Source: Planctomycetota bacterium (GTDB lineage: Bacteria > Planctomycetota > UBA1135 > UBA2386). From it: 64,000 bases of DNA. Of the stretch, positions 29,315-38,467 are shown piece by piece (within the stretch, counting starts at the first letter, position 1; each line of letters starts with the position of its first letter). The DNA is taken from positions 3,232,001 to 3,296,000 of the forward strand of contig OZ245838.1 of the NCBI GenBank assembly GCA_965228735.1, written 5' to 3'. Both the position numbers and the translations under genes were made by a program. Below the pieces are notes generated by a model, which did no database searches, had not been told where the DNA came from, and saw nothing but the letters and a program-made list of their open reading frames with translations.

Positions 29315-29525
29315 ACCGCTTCGCTCACCAGGATCGCGGGCCAGTGCGTCGAAATCGGCCGTGAGCAAGGAAGGCGAGGAAAGTCCGCGGAAGCGGGTCG
29401 GTGGACCCGCTGAGCAGACTGACCGAGCCCGCCTCGCGGGCGGCCGGCGAACGCCGGCCGTCTGACGCAGCTCACGGGCGATTGCGGCGTGGTGGCGCGT
29501 GATCCTGGTGAGGGAAGCGGGCTAG
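29311..29525. mobile_element. MITE/REP-like palindromic element bounded by CTAG
   Basis: Left end CTAGACCGCTTCGCTCACCAGGATC vs reverse complement of right end CTAGCCCGCTTCCCTCACCAGGATC; internal hairpins; no transposase. Confidence 0.7.
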
Positions 29526-29538
29526 CCGCGGGGGGGGA

Positions 29539-31509
29539 TCAGTTCACGTCGACCGTGTGCCGCACGGCGTTCGACGTGATCGCGCCGAGCGTGTTGTAAC
29601 CCGGCACGAGCGCCGCGCCCTGCGACTTGATCTCGACGCCGGCGAGCGCCGGGTTGTTCACGACGGCGAGGCTGCCGGCCGCGACGCCGCCGACGGGCAC
29701 GTTCAGCTGCACCGCGTCGTTGGACGTGTACTGGAAGCAACCGGGCATGCCGAACGACGTGAGATCGATCGGCGGATTGAGCTCGTTGAGGCCGAAGACC
29801 GTCGCGACGAGGATCGCGCTGCTCGGAATCGGGAACGTCGCGAGATCCACCGATCCGCCGATGACCGGTCGGCGATCCGCACGCTGCAGGATCGCCACCT
29901 TGTCCGGCGACGTCGTCACGCTGCCGACGGTCGACAGGTCGATCGAGCCGGGATCGATCGAACCGAACCCCGGGGTCCAACCGACGAGGGTCGGCTGGTT
30001 CACGCTCGCGGCGTTCTGATACCGGTACTGCACCGTGCCGTTCGGATCGAACACGACCTGGAACGACTGCGTCGCGGCCACCGCGTTGTACTCGGGCACG
30101 TTGAGGAACGTCACGACGGCCGCGTTCGTGGTCGGATCGATGTCGAAGTGCACGCTGCCGCCGAGCGCCGGGTTGAGGTCGGACCAGTACGGGCACCAGC
30201 GCGCCGCCTGACCGCTGAACATGCGCGCCGGGTCACCATCGAACCACTGCGCCGAGCCGTCGTCGTTGTCGCTGCGGACGAAGCCGTTGCTGCTGATGTA
30301 GATGTCCGTGATGCTGCCGCCCGGGAAGTTGAGCGTGAAGCCGAGCGGCCGCACCACGACCGTCTCGTCCGTCATCGCGAGCGCCGCGGACGTCGGCGTG
30401 AACCACGGCGTCGGCCCCGGCAGCGGCAGGACCGTGTAGCCGTTGCCCGTCGGCACGAGCTGCACCCACGTGTTGTTGAGGTCGAACGTCGCGGGCGTGA
30501 AGTTCTCGTAGACCGACGCGCTCGCTTCATCGACGCAACCATCACCGAACGGGATCGACTGGGCGAAGCCGGGCTCCGGCGGCGTCTTGTAGGCCCACGT
30601 GTCGCTGCGATAGTCGCCACCGAACATCATCGTCTGCCCGCGCACGGTGTCGTAGACGAGATAGTCGTCGTAGCGCGCCGCCGGCAACGTCGCCGGGCTC
30701 CTCTGCGTCCAGTCCGTGCCGTCGAACTCCCAGGTGTCGGCGGTCAACGTACCGCCGAACAGCACGATCCGCGAACGCACCGCGTCGGTGGCCATCGTGT
30801 GATCCCAGCGACCGGTCGGCGAGTTCAAGGTCGTGCGCTGGGCCCAGTCGACGTTGTCGAAGTACCACGTGTCACTGCTCGCCCCCGGGTAGCCGCTGAA
30901 CAGCACGAGGCCACCGCCGATCGGGTCGTACGCCATGTCGGCGGCGAAGCGCAGCGGCAGCGGCCAGTTCGCGGTCACGATCTGGGTCCAATCCGTGCCG
31001 TTCCACTCCCACGTGTCGGTCAGCGTTCCGGCACCGAGACCGTTGCCGCCGTGCATGACGCACGTGCCGCGCAACGGATGCCAGACGAGCGGATGCGACA
31101 GCCGGCCGGGCGGCACCGTCGCGGGCGTTCCCGCCATCCACGTCGAGCCGTCCCACTCCCACGTGTCGGACAACGCGCCACCGACACCGATCCCGCCGAA
31201 GAGCACGACGCGACCGCGCGCCGCGTCGTAGGCGAGCGGATGCCCCGCGCGCGCCGGCGGCGACACGGCGGGCGCAGCCTGTGTCCAGGTCGTGCCATCG
31301 AACAACCAGGTGTCGTCGACGCGAACGTTGCCGGCCTGCGCCCCGCCGAACAGCACGGTCAGATCGTTGCCGGCGTCGTACGCCATCGCGTGACCGGTCA
31401 GGCCGGGCGGCGAATTGGTCGGGAAGAGCTCGAACCAGTCCTGGGCCGCCGAGGTGCCAGCGGTAAGCGTGACGGTGAGCACAGAGAGAACGTGAGCGGG
31501 GCGTGGCAA
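29539..31509 (-). CDS. Secreted Kelch-repeat protein with nidogen-like domain and shared C-terminal domain
   Basis: Repeated YD...VLFGG...DTWEWDG Kelch blades; SSNGF...PYWSDLNP...FQVVF; C-terminal RPVIG...PGC...KSQ...TSN; TTG start inferred. Confidence 0.85.
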   Translation of the reverse strand: MPRPAHVLSVLTVTLTAGTSAAQDWFELFPTNSPPGLTGHAMAYDAGNDLTVLFGGAQAGNVRVDDTWLFDGTTWTQAAPAVSPPARAGHPLAYDAARGRVVLFGGIGVGGALSDTWEWDGSTWMAGTPATVPPGRLSHPLVWHPLRGTCVMHGGNGLGAGTLTDTWEWNGTDWTQIVTANWPLPLRFAADMAYDPIGGGLVLFSGYPGASSDTWYFDNVDWAQRTTLNSPTGRWDHTMATDAVRSRIVLFGGTLTADTWEFDGTDWTQRSPATLPAARYDDYLVYDTVRGQTMMFGGDYRSDTWAYKTPPEPGFAQSIPFGDGCVDEASASVYENFTPATFDLNNTWVQLVPTGNGYTVLPLPGPTPWFTPTSAALAMTDETVVVRPLGFTLNFPGGSITDIYISSNGFVRSDNDDGSAQWFDGDPARMFSGQAARWCPYWSDLNPALGGSVHFDIDPTTNAAVVTFLNVPEYNAVAATQSFQVVFDPNGTVQYRYQNAASVNQPTLVGWTPGFGSIDPGSIDLSTVGSVTTSPDKVAILQRADRRPVIGGSVDLATFPIPSSAILVATVFGLNELNPPIDLTSFGMPGCFQYTSNDAVQLNVPVGGVAAGSLAVVNNPALAGVEIKSQGAALVPGYNTLGAITSNAVRHTVDVN

Positions 31510-31600
31510 GGGGGGCTCCGGGTAGCGAGGAAACGAGAGGGTCGGACGCCGGCGGCGACCGACGCCCGATTCTACTCGCGCGCCACGCCCACGCCGAGCA

Positions 31601-32116
31601 CTACCGCCGGCGACCGATCGCTGGCGCCGACTCCTGTGGCCGGGCGACTCGCACCAGCGCATCCTCGCGCCCGAGGTCGGGGCGCCACTTCATCTCGGTC
31701 GTGCTGCGGCTGCCGTCCGCGTGCACGTACCAGTCGACGCCGGCGTCACTGCGCTCGACGGTGACGATCGGACTCCACGGGTGCGGCCCCCACGCGGCGG
31801 CGAGGCGCATCGCGCCCGTCGCGCCGTTGAGCGCGGCGACGACGGAGCCGTCCGGCAACTCGAGCTGACCGGCAACCGCCTGTTTCTCGTCGTCAGCTCG
31901 CGGCGGTTCGGCCACGCCTCCCGCGGCAGGAGCGATCACGGCGGCGCCCGACCCGGGATCCGCAGCCGAGCCCCGACCCGAATCCGCCGGCGACGACACC
32001 CCGCCGCCGGCACCTGGGTCCGCCCGCTCACCCCCACCGCCCAGCGCGACGAAACCGATGACCGCGCCGACAGCGATCGCCGCCAGCGCCACGGCGATCG
32101 CCTGCGAAGAACGCAT
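31601..32116 (-). CDS. Hypothetical membrane-anchored protein
   Basis: ATG overlaps the upstream TGA by one base; N-terminal hydrophobic helix, low-complexity linker, compact C-terminal domain. Confidence 0.65.
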   Translation of the reverse strand: MRSSQAIAVALAAIAVGAVIGFVALGGGGERADPGAGGGVSSPADSGRGSAADPGSGAAVIAPAAGGVAEPPRADDEKQAVAGQLELPDGSVVAALNGATGAMRLAAAWGPHPWSPIVTVERSDAGVDWYVHADGSRSTTEMKWRPDLGREDALVRVARPQESAPAIGRRR

Positions 32117-33195
32117 CAGAAGAACGTCGTCTGCGTGTTGGTGAAGCGACCGACACCGGCCGCGTTCGCCACGAGCGCCTGGAAGCGCAGCTCGACCCCG
32201 ACGAACGACGGGTTGATCGAACCCGGCGCGAACGCCTGCAGCTCCGCAGCACCGCCGTTCATCACGACGATGCCGAGCCCGATGTTGCCGGTGAGACTCA
32301 GATGGAACTGGCCGAGGCCCGGCAGCCCGAGCGGCGGATCGTAGGTCAGCGCACCGGCATAGATCGCGACCCCGTTGGCCGCGGAGTTGTCGTGCGCGCG
32401 CAGCGTGATGCCGTCCGACCGCGGCGCGCCGCTGATGTCGGGGAACAGCCCGCCGAGTCCGAGGTTGGACTGCGTCGTCGTCGCCCCCGTACCCTGCCGC
32501 GAGTTGTTGGGATCGAAGCCGCCGACGTGCAGCGTCGGCGCGTCGACCATGACGCCCATGATCGTCGACCAGCCGTTGCTGAAGAAGTTGCCGCCCGTCT
32601 GCACGGTCCAGTTCGCGTCCGGCGCACCCGCGCGCGGGTTCTCGCCGGGGCCGGCGGCGGTGACGGCCGCGGTGTCGGCGCGCCAGTACGAGTGCCCGTC
32701 CGACGCCGGCCACGCCGGGTTGGCCGGGAAGTCGATGCCCATGAACCACGAATCGGTGCACGGCACCGCGACCGGCGTCGTGAACGTGTCGGTCATGATC
32801 CACGACCCGCGGCCACCGGCGGCGTTCGTCGGCAGCGTCAGCGGCGAGACCCGCAGGATCTCACCCGCGGCCGTCGTGTCGATCATGCCGCCCGGATCCG
32901 CGCTGCGCAGGATGATGCCGTAGGTCTCCGACGTCGACACGTTCTCGTCCGCGCCCCAGTGATAGAAACCCGTGACCTGACAGATCGTGTCCGTGCCGCC
33001 GACACCGCGGAACCACTCGGCGCCGACCTCCTGGTGGCCTTCGCCCTGGTTGTTCCAGTCCGGGCGTCCCACGAACGTGGCGCACGTGATCGTCTGACGT
33101 TCGGGATCCTGGGGGAAGAAGACGAACGGGTTGGTCTGGGCGACGACCATCGCGGTCGAGCCGAGCACTGCCGACAAGAGACAGGTGGTGTTCAT
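32116..33195 (-). CDS. Secreted hypothetical protein with divergent shared C-terminal domain
   Basis: Signal peptide ending VVA-Q; C-terminus ...SFVGVELRFQALV...RFTN. Confidence 0.8.
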   Translation of the reverse strand: MNTTCLLSAVLGSTAMVVAQTNPFVFFPQDPERQTITCATFVGRPDWNNQGEGHQEVGAEWFRGVGGTDTICQVTGFYHWGADENVSTSETYGIILRSADPGGMIDTTAAGEILRVSPLTLPTNAAGGRGSWIMTDTFTTPVAVPCTDSWFMGIDFPANPAWPASDGHSYWRADTAAVTAAGPGENPRAGAPDANWTVQTGGNFFSNGWSTIMGVMVDAPTLHVGGFDPNNSRQGTGATTTQSNLGLGGLFPDISGAPRSDGITLRAHDNSAANGVAIYAGALTYDPPLGLPGLGQFHLSLTGNIGLGIVVMNGGAAELQAFAPGSINPSFVGVELRFQALVANAAGVGRFTNTQTTFF

Positions 33196-33454
33196 GGGGC
33201 GTCAGGATAGCGGCCACGGCAGCGGCCGAAACGGGGACCGAGCCGGATGGGAAAAGTGGGACGCCGATTTCGACCCGGGTGACCCGACGGCCGCGAATGC
33301 GCAACCGAAAAGCGACGCGCCCCGCCGCTTCGAAATGCGGTCCGCCGCAGCCCGGCACCGGAAGGCCTCCCCACGGTCCACGTTCCCCTCTAGACTCCCC
33401 CCGCGTCGCGGAACTCAAAGTCCGCCCCTACCAGAGAAACAGAGAAACCACAGC

Positions 33455-34708
33455 ATGCAACTCTCGCGACTTCTTCTTGCCTCAACCGCCACCCTCATCG
33501 CCACCGGCGCTGCCACAGCGCAAGCGAACTACGCCGAAGGCTTCGACAGCCAGGCCGGCGCCGACGTCCAGATCTGGAACGAGACCGACACCATCGTCAC
33601 GTTCGTCGACTACGGGAACATGACGGTCGGTGCGACCTCGTTCAACATCCCCGAGGCGCCGCGCCAGATCCCCGGTTCCGCGCCGACGCGCGGCGTCCTG
33701 ATGCAGTGCAACCTGACGCTCGGCTCGCGCGCCGGCGTCAACATCCTCGCGGGCGCGACCCCGATCACGTTCAGCGGGCGCTACCGCCTGTCGTACGACT
33801 GCTACATCAAGGTCGCCAACCCGGTCCCGAGCGGCGGCACGGAGCAGTGCCTGTTCGGCGTCGGCACGGACGGCAGCGACGGCACGACGACCAACCCGAT
33901 CGAGTCGCGCGGCAACCGCGGCACGGGTGCCCAGGGCGTCTACGGCTGGATCACGGGCGAGAACGGCTACTCGTTCGAGGACGCGTCGATCAACGAAGGC
34001 GCGACCAACCTCGAGCAGTACGGCGACCTGCAGCCCGGCGAAGACGTCTACTTCAACGAGGCGTTCAACCAGCCCGTCGCGGGCGGCACGAACAACGCGG
34101 CCGGCAACCAGTGGGTCCGCGTCGACGTCGACGTCGACGGCAACAACGTGCGCGTCTACTACAACGGCATCCTGTTCTTCGACGAAGCGGCGACGCTCGC
34201 GCCGACCGGCTTCGCGATGATCGGCTACGAGGATCCGTTCAACTCGATCAGCGCCTCGCCGGACGAGCAGTGGTGCATCGTCGACAACTTCCGCGTCGTC
34301 GATCCGACCGGCTGCGCGGCGGCCGGCGTGTCGGCCATCCAGGGCGCCGCCAGCGGTGCGACGGAGATCCTCAACGGTGGCGGTGAGCCGATCATCGGCC
34401 ACCCGTTCACCATCCGTCTGCGCGGCGGCACGAGCAGCGGCTTCGCGCTCCTCAACGCCGGCCTGCCGTCCCCGGTCACGATCCCGCTGCCGTTCGCCGG
34501 CTGCACGCTCAACACCGAGGTCGTCGGCACGTTCTTCAACCTGCTGATCGGCACGGACGCGCTCGGCAACGGCGAGTTCACGATCAACGTCCCGCTCGAC
34601 ACCAACTTCTGCGGCGCCGCGTTCGGCTTCCAGTTCTACTCGACGAGCGCCGCCACGCCGTGCGGCGTCGAGCACTCGGCCGGCCTGTCGATGACGATCG
34701 GCTCCTGA
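33455..34708 (+). CDS. Secreted ConA/lectin-like protein with shared C-terminal domain
   Basis: Signal peptide ending ATA-Q; beta-sandwich-like core; C-terminal PIIG...GC...FGFQF...SAGLSMTIG; followed by a terminator. Confidence 0.8.
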   Translation: MQLSRLLLASTATLIATGAATAQANYAEGFDSQAGADVQIWNETDTIVTFVDYGNMTVGATSFNIPEAPRQIPGSAPTRGVLMQCNLTLGSRAGVNILAGATPITFSGRYRLSYDCYIKVANPVPSGGTEQCLFGVGTDGSDGTTTNPIESRGNRGTGAQGVYGWITGENGYSFEDASINEGATNLEQYGDLQPGEDVYFNEAFNQPVAGGTNNAAGNQWVRVDVDVDGNNVRVYYNGILFFDEAATLAPTGFAMIGYEDPFNSISASPDEQWCIVDNFRVVDPTGCAAAGVSAIQGAASGATEILNGGGEPIIGHPFTIRLRGGTSSGFALLNAGLPSPVTIPLPFAGCTLNTEVVGTFFNLLIGTDALGNGEFTINVPLDTNFCGAAFGFQFYSTSAATPCGVEHSAGLSMTIGS

Positions 34709-34749
34709 TCGAACCGACAAGCGCGACGACCCGCTGGTCGTCGCAGCTC

Positions 34750-34793
34750 GCGGGGGCGGGTGACGCACGGCGTCGCCCGCCCCCGTTTGCGTT
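34750..34793 (+). terminator. Rho-independent terminator
   Basis: CGGGGGCGGGTGACGC-ACG-GCGTCGCCCGCCCCCG 16-bp stem (one G-U pair) followed by TTTGCGTT. Confidence 0.7.
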
Positions 34794-34904
34794 GGGGGCC
34801 GATGGCCAGCCCACGACGACGGTGCCTTGGCTACAATGGGCAGCCGGCGCAGCGACAGGGAAGGTCGCGCGCAACCCCACCACCGATTCGAAGGAGAGAC
34901 TCCG

Positions 34905-36164
34905 ATGGCATTCGAAGGTACGACCCTGCAGGCCCCGCTCGTGAGCGTCGTCGACGGCGACACGATCAAGGTGCAACTGCCGAGCGGCGAAGAGAACATC
35001 CGCATCCTCGCGCTCGACACCGAGGAGAAGCCCGGCAGCGGCGGCTCCAAACCGAAGACGCCGTTCGGCGAGGCCGCGACCCAACGCGCCGCGCAGTTCT
35101 TCGACGGCGCGACCGACGTCACGCTCGAACTGCCAGGCACCGAACCCGTCGACGAGGCGCTCGCGAAGTACCGCGGCAACTTCGGGCGCGTGCTCGCGTT
35201 CGTCTACCGCGGCAACCAGGACTTCCAGGAGACGATGATCGAGGAGGGGTTCAGCCCCTACTTCACCAAGTACGGCAACGCGCAGTTTTCGAGCAACCAT
35301 CAACGCTACCGGCAGGCCGAACGCGCGGCGCAGATGACGCATGCCGGCGTGTGGAACCAGGAGCTCGTCAACGGCTCCGAGCGCCGCAACTACGCGGTGC
35401 TGTCGACGTGGTGGAACCTGCGTGCGGAGATCATCGATCGCTACCGCGCACTCAAACAAGCGGGCCGGCCGATCCTCAACACGCGCCTCGACTACGACAC
35501 GATCGCGACCAAGGCGGCGCAGGGCGCGACCGTCACGGTCTTCACCGAGGTGAGCCGCGTCACGACGATCAACAACGACGCGGTCGGCTTCGCCGACATC
35601 GGTTCGCAGGCCCAGCCGTTCACGCTGTTCCTCCCGGGCCTCGCCGCGAACGCGGGCCGGCAGGTTCTCGACCTGCTGCGCCATCGCTACGTCAGCACGG
35701 GCAGTGACAGCGACCACCCGCGCCGGAGCTACCTCTACGTGACGGGCGCGCTCAGCCAGCACCAGGGCGAGCCGCAGATGGTCGTGACATCCGTCGATCA
35801 GATCACGGACGAGTTCCCCGGCCCGGTCATCCAGCCGACGCCACCGACCGGCAGCGTGCGCATCGTCGCGCTGCTGCCGAACCCCGTGGGCCAGGATGCG
35901 GGCAGCGAAACGGTGACGCTGCGCAACGACTCCGGCAACGTCGTCGATCTGACCAACTGGACGCTGCGCGACCGCAGCGGCAACGCGATGCCGCTCGGCG
36001 GCTCGATCGCGCCGGGCGCCACCCTCGAGATCACGGCCGCCAACCGACTGTCGCTCAACAACGACGGCGACGAGATCGCGCTGCTCGACGGCCAGAGCGC
36101 CGAACGCAGCAAGGTCGACTACGACGGCTCGGAGGTGCAGTCCGGACAACCGCTGTTCTTCTGA
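34905..36164 (+). CDS. Thermonuclease (SNase) family protein with C-terminal lamin-tail domain
   Basis: VVDGDT, IRILALDTEE, FGRVLAFV; C-terminal LPNPVG...ETVTLRN...VDLTNWTLRD...LNNDGD; AAGGAG RBS. Confidence 0.88.
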   Translation: MAFEGTTLQAPLVSVVDGDTIKVQLPSGEENIRILALDTEEKPGSGGSKPKTPFGEAATQRAAQFFDGATDVTLELPGTEPVDEALAKYRGNFGRVLAFVYRGNQDFQETMIEEGFSPYFTKYGNAQFSSNHQRYRQAERAAQMTHAGVWNQELVNGSERRNYAVLSTWWNLRAEIIDRYRALKQAGRPILNTRLDYDTIATKAAQGATVTVFTEVSRVTTINNDAVGFADIGSQAQPFTLFLPGLAANAGRQVLDLLRHRYVSTGSDSDHPRRSYLYVTGALSQHQGEPQMVVTSVDQITDEFPGPVIQPTPPTGSVRIVALLPNPVGQDAGSETVTLRNDSGNVVDLTNWTLRDRSGNAMPLGGSIAPGATLEITAANRLSLNNDGDEIALLDGQSAERSKVDYDGSEVQSGQPLFF

Positions 36165-36198
36165 CGGGTGGCCCGGGAGGAGGCGGCGCGCTTCAATC

Positions 36199-37491
36199 GT
36201 GACCCTGATGCCGCGCCTCCTCGCCGCCCTGCTGCTGTTCTTCACCGCCGCTCCCGGGCAGGCGACGCCGACAACCGGGCGTCCGCCCAACGTCCTCCTC
36301 ATCATCTCCGACGACCAGGCGTGGACCGACTTCGGGTTCATGGAGCATCCGGTGATCGCGACGCCGCATCTCGACGCGTTGGCGGCAAGGAGTGCTGCGT
36401 TCGAGCACGGCTACGTGCCGACGAGCCTCTGCCGGCCGAGCCTCGCGACCATGATCACGGGGCTCTATCCGCACGAGCACCAGATCACGGGCAACGACCC
36501 GCCGAAGGGCACGCCGCGCGAGCGCATGCTGCGGCACATCGAGGCGGCGCAGACGCTGCCCGAACTGCTCGCACAGCGCGGCTACCGCAGCCTGCAGACG
36601 GGCAAGTGGTGGGAAGGCAACTGCACGTGCGGCGGCTTCACGGCCGGCATGACGCACGGTGACCCGAAGCGCGGCGGCCGCCACGGCGACGTCGGGCTTC
36701 GGATCGGCCGCGAGACGATGCAGCCGATCCGGGACTTCCTCGCCGAGTGCGACGAGGCGGAAGCACCGTTCTTTCTCTGGTATGCCCCGTTCCTGCCGCA
36801 CACGCCGCACAACCCGCCCGAAAGGCTGCTGAAGAAGTACCGCAGCGATGGCCGCAGCATCCCCGTCGCCAAGTACTTCGCGATGTGCGAGTGGTTCGAC
36901 GAGACGTGCGGGCAGCTGCTCGCGATGCTCGACGAGCACGGGATGACGAACGACACGCTCGTGCTCTTCGTCGTCGACAACGGCTGGATCCAGCGCGAGA
37001 ACGGCCGCTCCTTCGCACCGCGGAGCAAGCGGTCGCCGTACGAGGGCGGCATCCGCACGCCGATCCTCGTGTCGTGGCCGGGGCGGGTCGAACCCGGTCG
37101 CCGTGACGCACTCGCGAGCAGCGTCGACCTCGCCCCGACCGTACTGGCGGCGTGCGGCGTCGAGCGACCCGGCGCGATGACGGGTCAGGACCTGCTCGCG
37201 GTATGCCGTGGCGACGTCGAAGCGCGGGACGCGGCGTTCGGCGCGACGTTCACGCACGACGTCGTCGAGGTCGGGGTCCCCGCGAGGAGCCTGCGCCACC
37301 GTTGGATCGTCCACGACGGCTGGAAGCTCATCGTCGCGAAGGACGCTGCAGGCGGTTCTGGCGAGTTGTTTCACCTGGCCGCGGATCCGCACGAGACGAA
37401 GGACCTCGCTAGTGCGAACCCGGATAGGGTCACCGCGCTGCGCCGGCGACTCGATGCCTGGTGGAACGGCCAACCCGACGCGCCGAAGTAG
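36199..37491 (+). CDS. Sulfatase family protein
   Basis: PNVLLIISDD, TPHLD, SLCRPSLATMITG, TGKWW, PHTPH, DNG, YEGGIRTP. Confidence 0.92.
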   Translation: MTLMPRLLAALLLFFTAAPGQATPTTGRPPNVLLIISDDQAWTDFGFMEHPVIATPHLDALAARSAAFEHGYVPTSLCRPSLATMITGLYPHEHQITGNDPPKGTPRERMLRHIEAAQTLPELLAQRGYRSLQTGKWWEGNCTCGGFTAGMTHGDPKRGGRHGDVGLRIGRETMQPIRDFLAECDEAEAPFFLWYAPFLPHTPHNPPERLLKKYRSDGRSIPVAKYFAMCEWFDETCGQLLAMLDEHGMTNDTLVLFVVDNGWIQRENGRSFAPRSKRSPYEGGIRTPILVSWPGRVEPGRRDALASSVDLAPTVLAACGVERPGAMTGQDLLAVCRGDVEARDAAFGATFTHDVVEVGVPARSLRHRWIVHDGWKLIVAKDAAGGSGELFHLAADPHETKDLASANPDRVTALRRRLDAWWNGQPDAPK

Positions 37492-37529
37492 CCGCCGCCG
37501 CGAAACGCCACCGCAACCGCCCCTGATCC

Positions 37530-38234
37530 ATGAACGCCAACCGTCTTGCTGCCGCCTCGTTGCTCCTGCTCGTCATTCCGACCGGATGCGGCAGCAAGCC
37601 GATGGCCGTTGCCGCCGCCGCCGCGACGCTGCCGGATCCCGTCGCTGGACCGCTTCCCGAGATCGGCACGTACCGGTTGCGATGGATCCAGGACCACGTG
37701 CACCCCGTGACCGCGGACGTGCCCGGCATCCGCATGGGTGCCGGCCTGCTGCCACGACGCGCCTGGGTGCAGGTCGACTATCAGGGTCAGAAGACCCGCG
37801 CGGAACTCGTCGTCCGCAACACGGTCGACGGCGAAGCAGGCGAACCGATCGTCATCTACGACGAACCGTTCGGCGCCGCCGACCTCGAGATCCGCGGCAA
37901 CAACGCGCGCTACTTCGACGGCGAACCGTTGAGCCGCCCGCAGCAGACGTTCGTGATCGACGTCTTCGCGCTCTCGGGCGACCGGCCCAACGCGTTCGCG
38001 AGCATCATGACGTTCGACTCCGAGCGCCGTGACTTCCACCGCGCGGAGAAGGCCGAGTTCTACGCTGCGCCATGGGACAGCAGCTATCGCGACACCTCGT
38101 CCAGGTTCGGCGACGGTATGCCTGAGTGGAACAAGGTCCCCGGGCCGTCGGAGTTCTCGGACAACGACACGACGTCGCTGTTCTACTTCGGGAACAAGCG
38201 CACGCTCACCGAGATCCAGCTGCGCTTCCGGTAG
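37530..38234 (+). CDS. Hypothetical lipoprotein
   Basis: Hydrophobic N-terminus with PTGC lipobox-like site; protein-like composition. Confidence 0.65.
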   Translation: MNANRLAAASLLLLVIPTGCGSKPMAVAAAAATLPDPVAGPLPEIGTYRLRWIQDHVHPVTADVPGIRMGAGLLPRRAWVQVDYQGQKTRAELVVRNTVDGEAGEPIVIYDEPFGAADLEIRGNNARYFDGEPLSRPQQTFVIDVFALSGDRPNAFASIMTFDSERRDFHRAEKAEFYAAPWDSSYRDTSSRFGDGMPEWNKVPGPSEFSDNDTTSLFYFGNKRTLTEIQLRFR

Positions 38235-38467
38235 CCGCCTACGGCAGCAGCAGCTCGCGCAGCGCGTCGCCGAGCCCGGCGTCCCACAGCGCGCGGGCAC
38301 CGGCCCGCATGGCCTCCGCGTCGCCGGAGGCATCCGCGATGACGACACTGGCCAACGGATCGGCGCGCCAATTGGCGACGATCGCGGAGCGCAGTTCATC
38401 TGCGTGCGGCAGGAGCGCCGCGATCGCGGCGACGAACGACCTGGTCGTTCGGGCCCGAGAAAGACCG

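Noticed and set aside
29376..29390. GAGGAAAGTCC, matching the 5' conserved motif of RNase P RNA
   Set aside because: The matching 3' P4 motif was not found, the available region is too short, and the site lies within a terminal-inverted-repeat element
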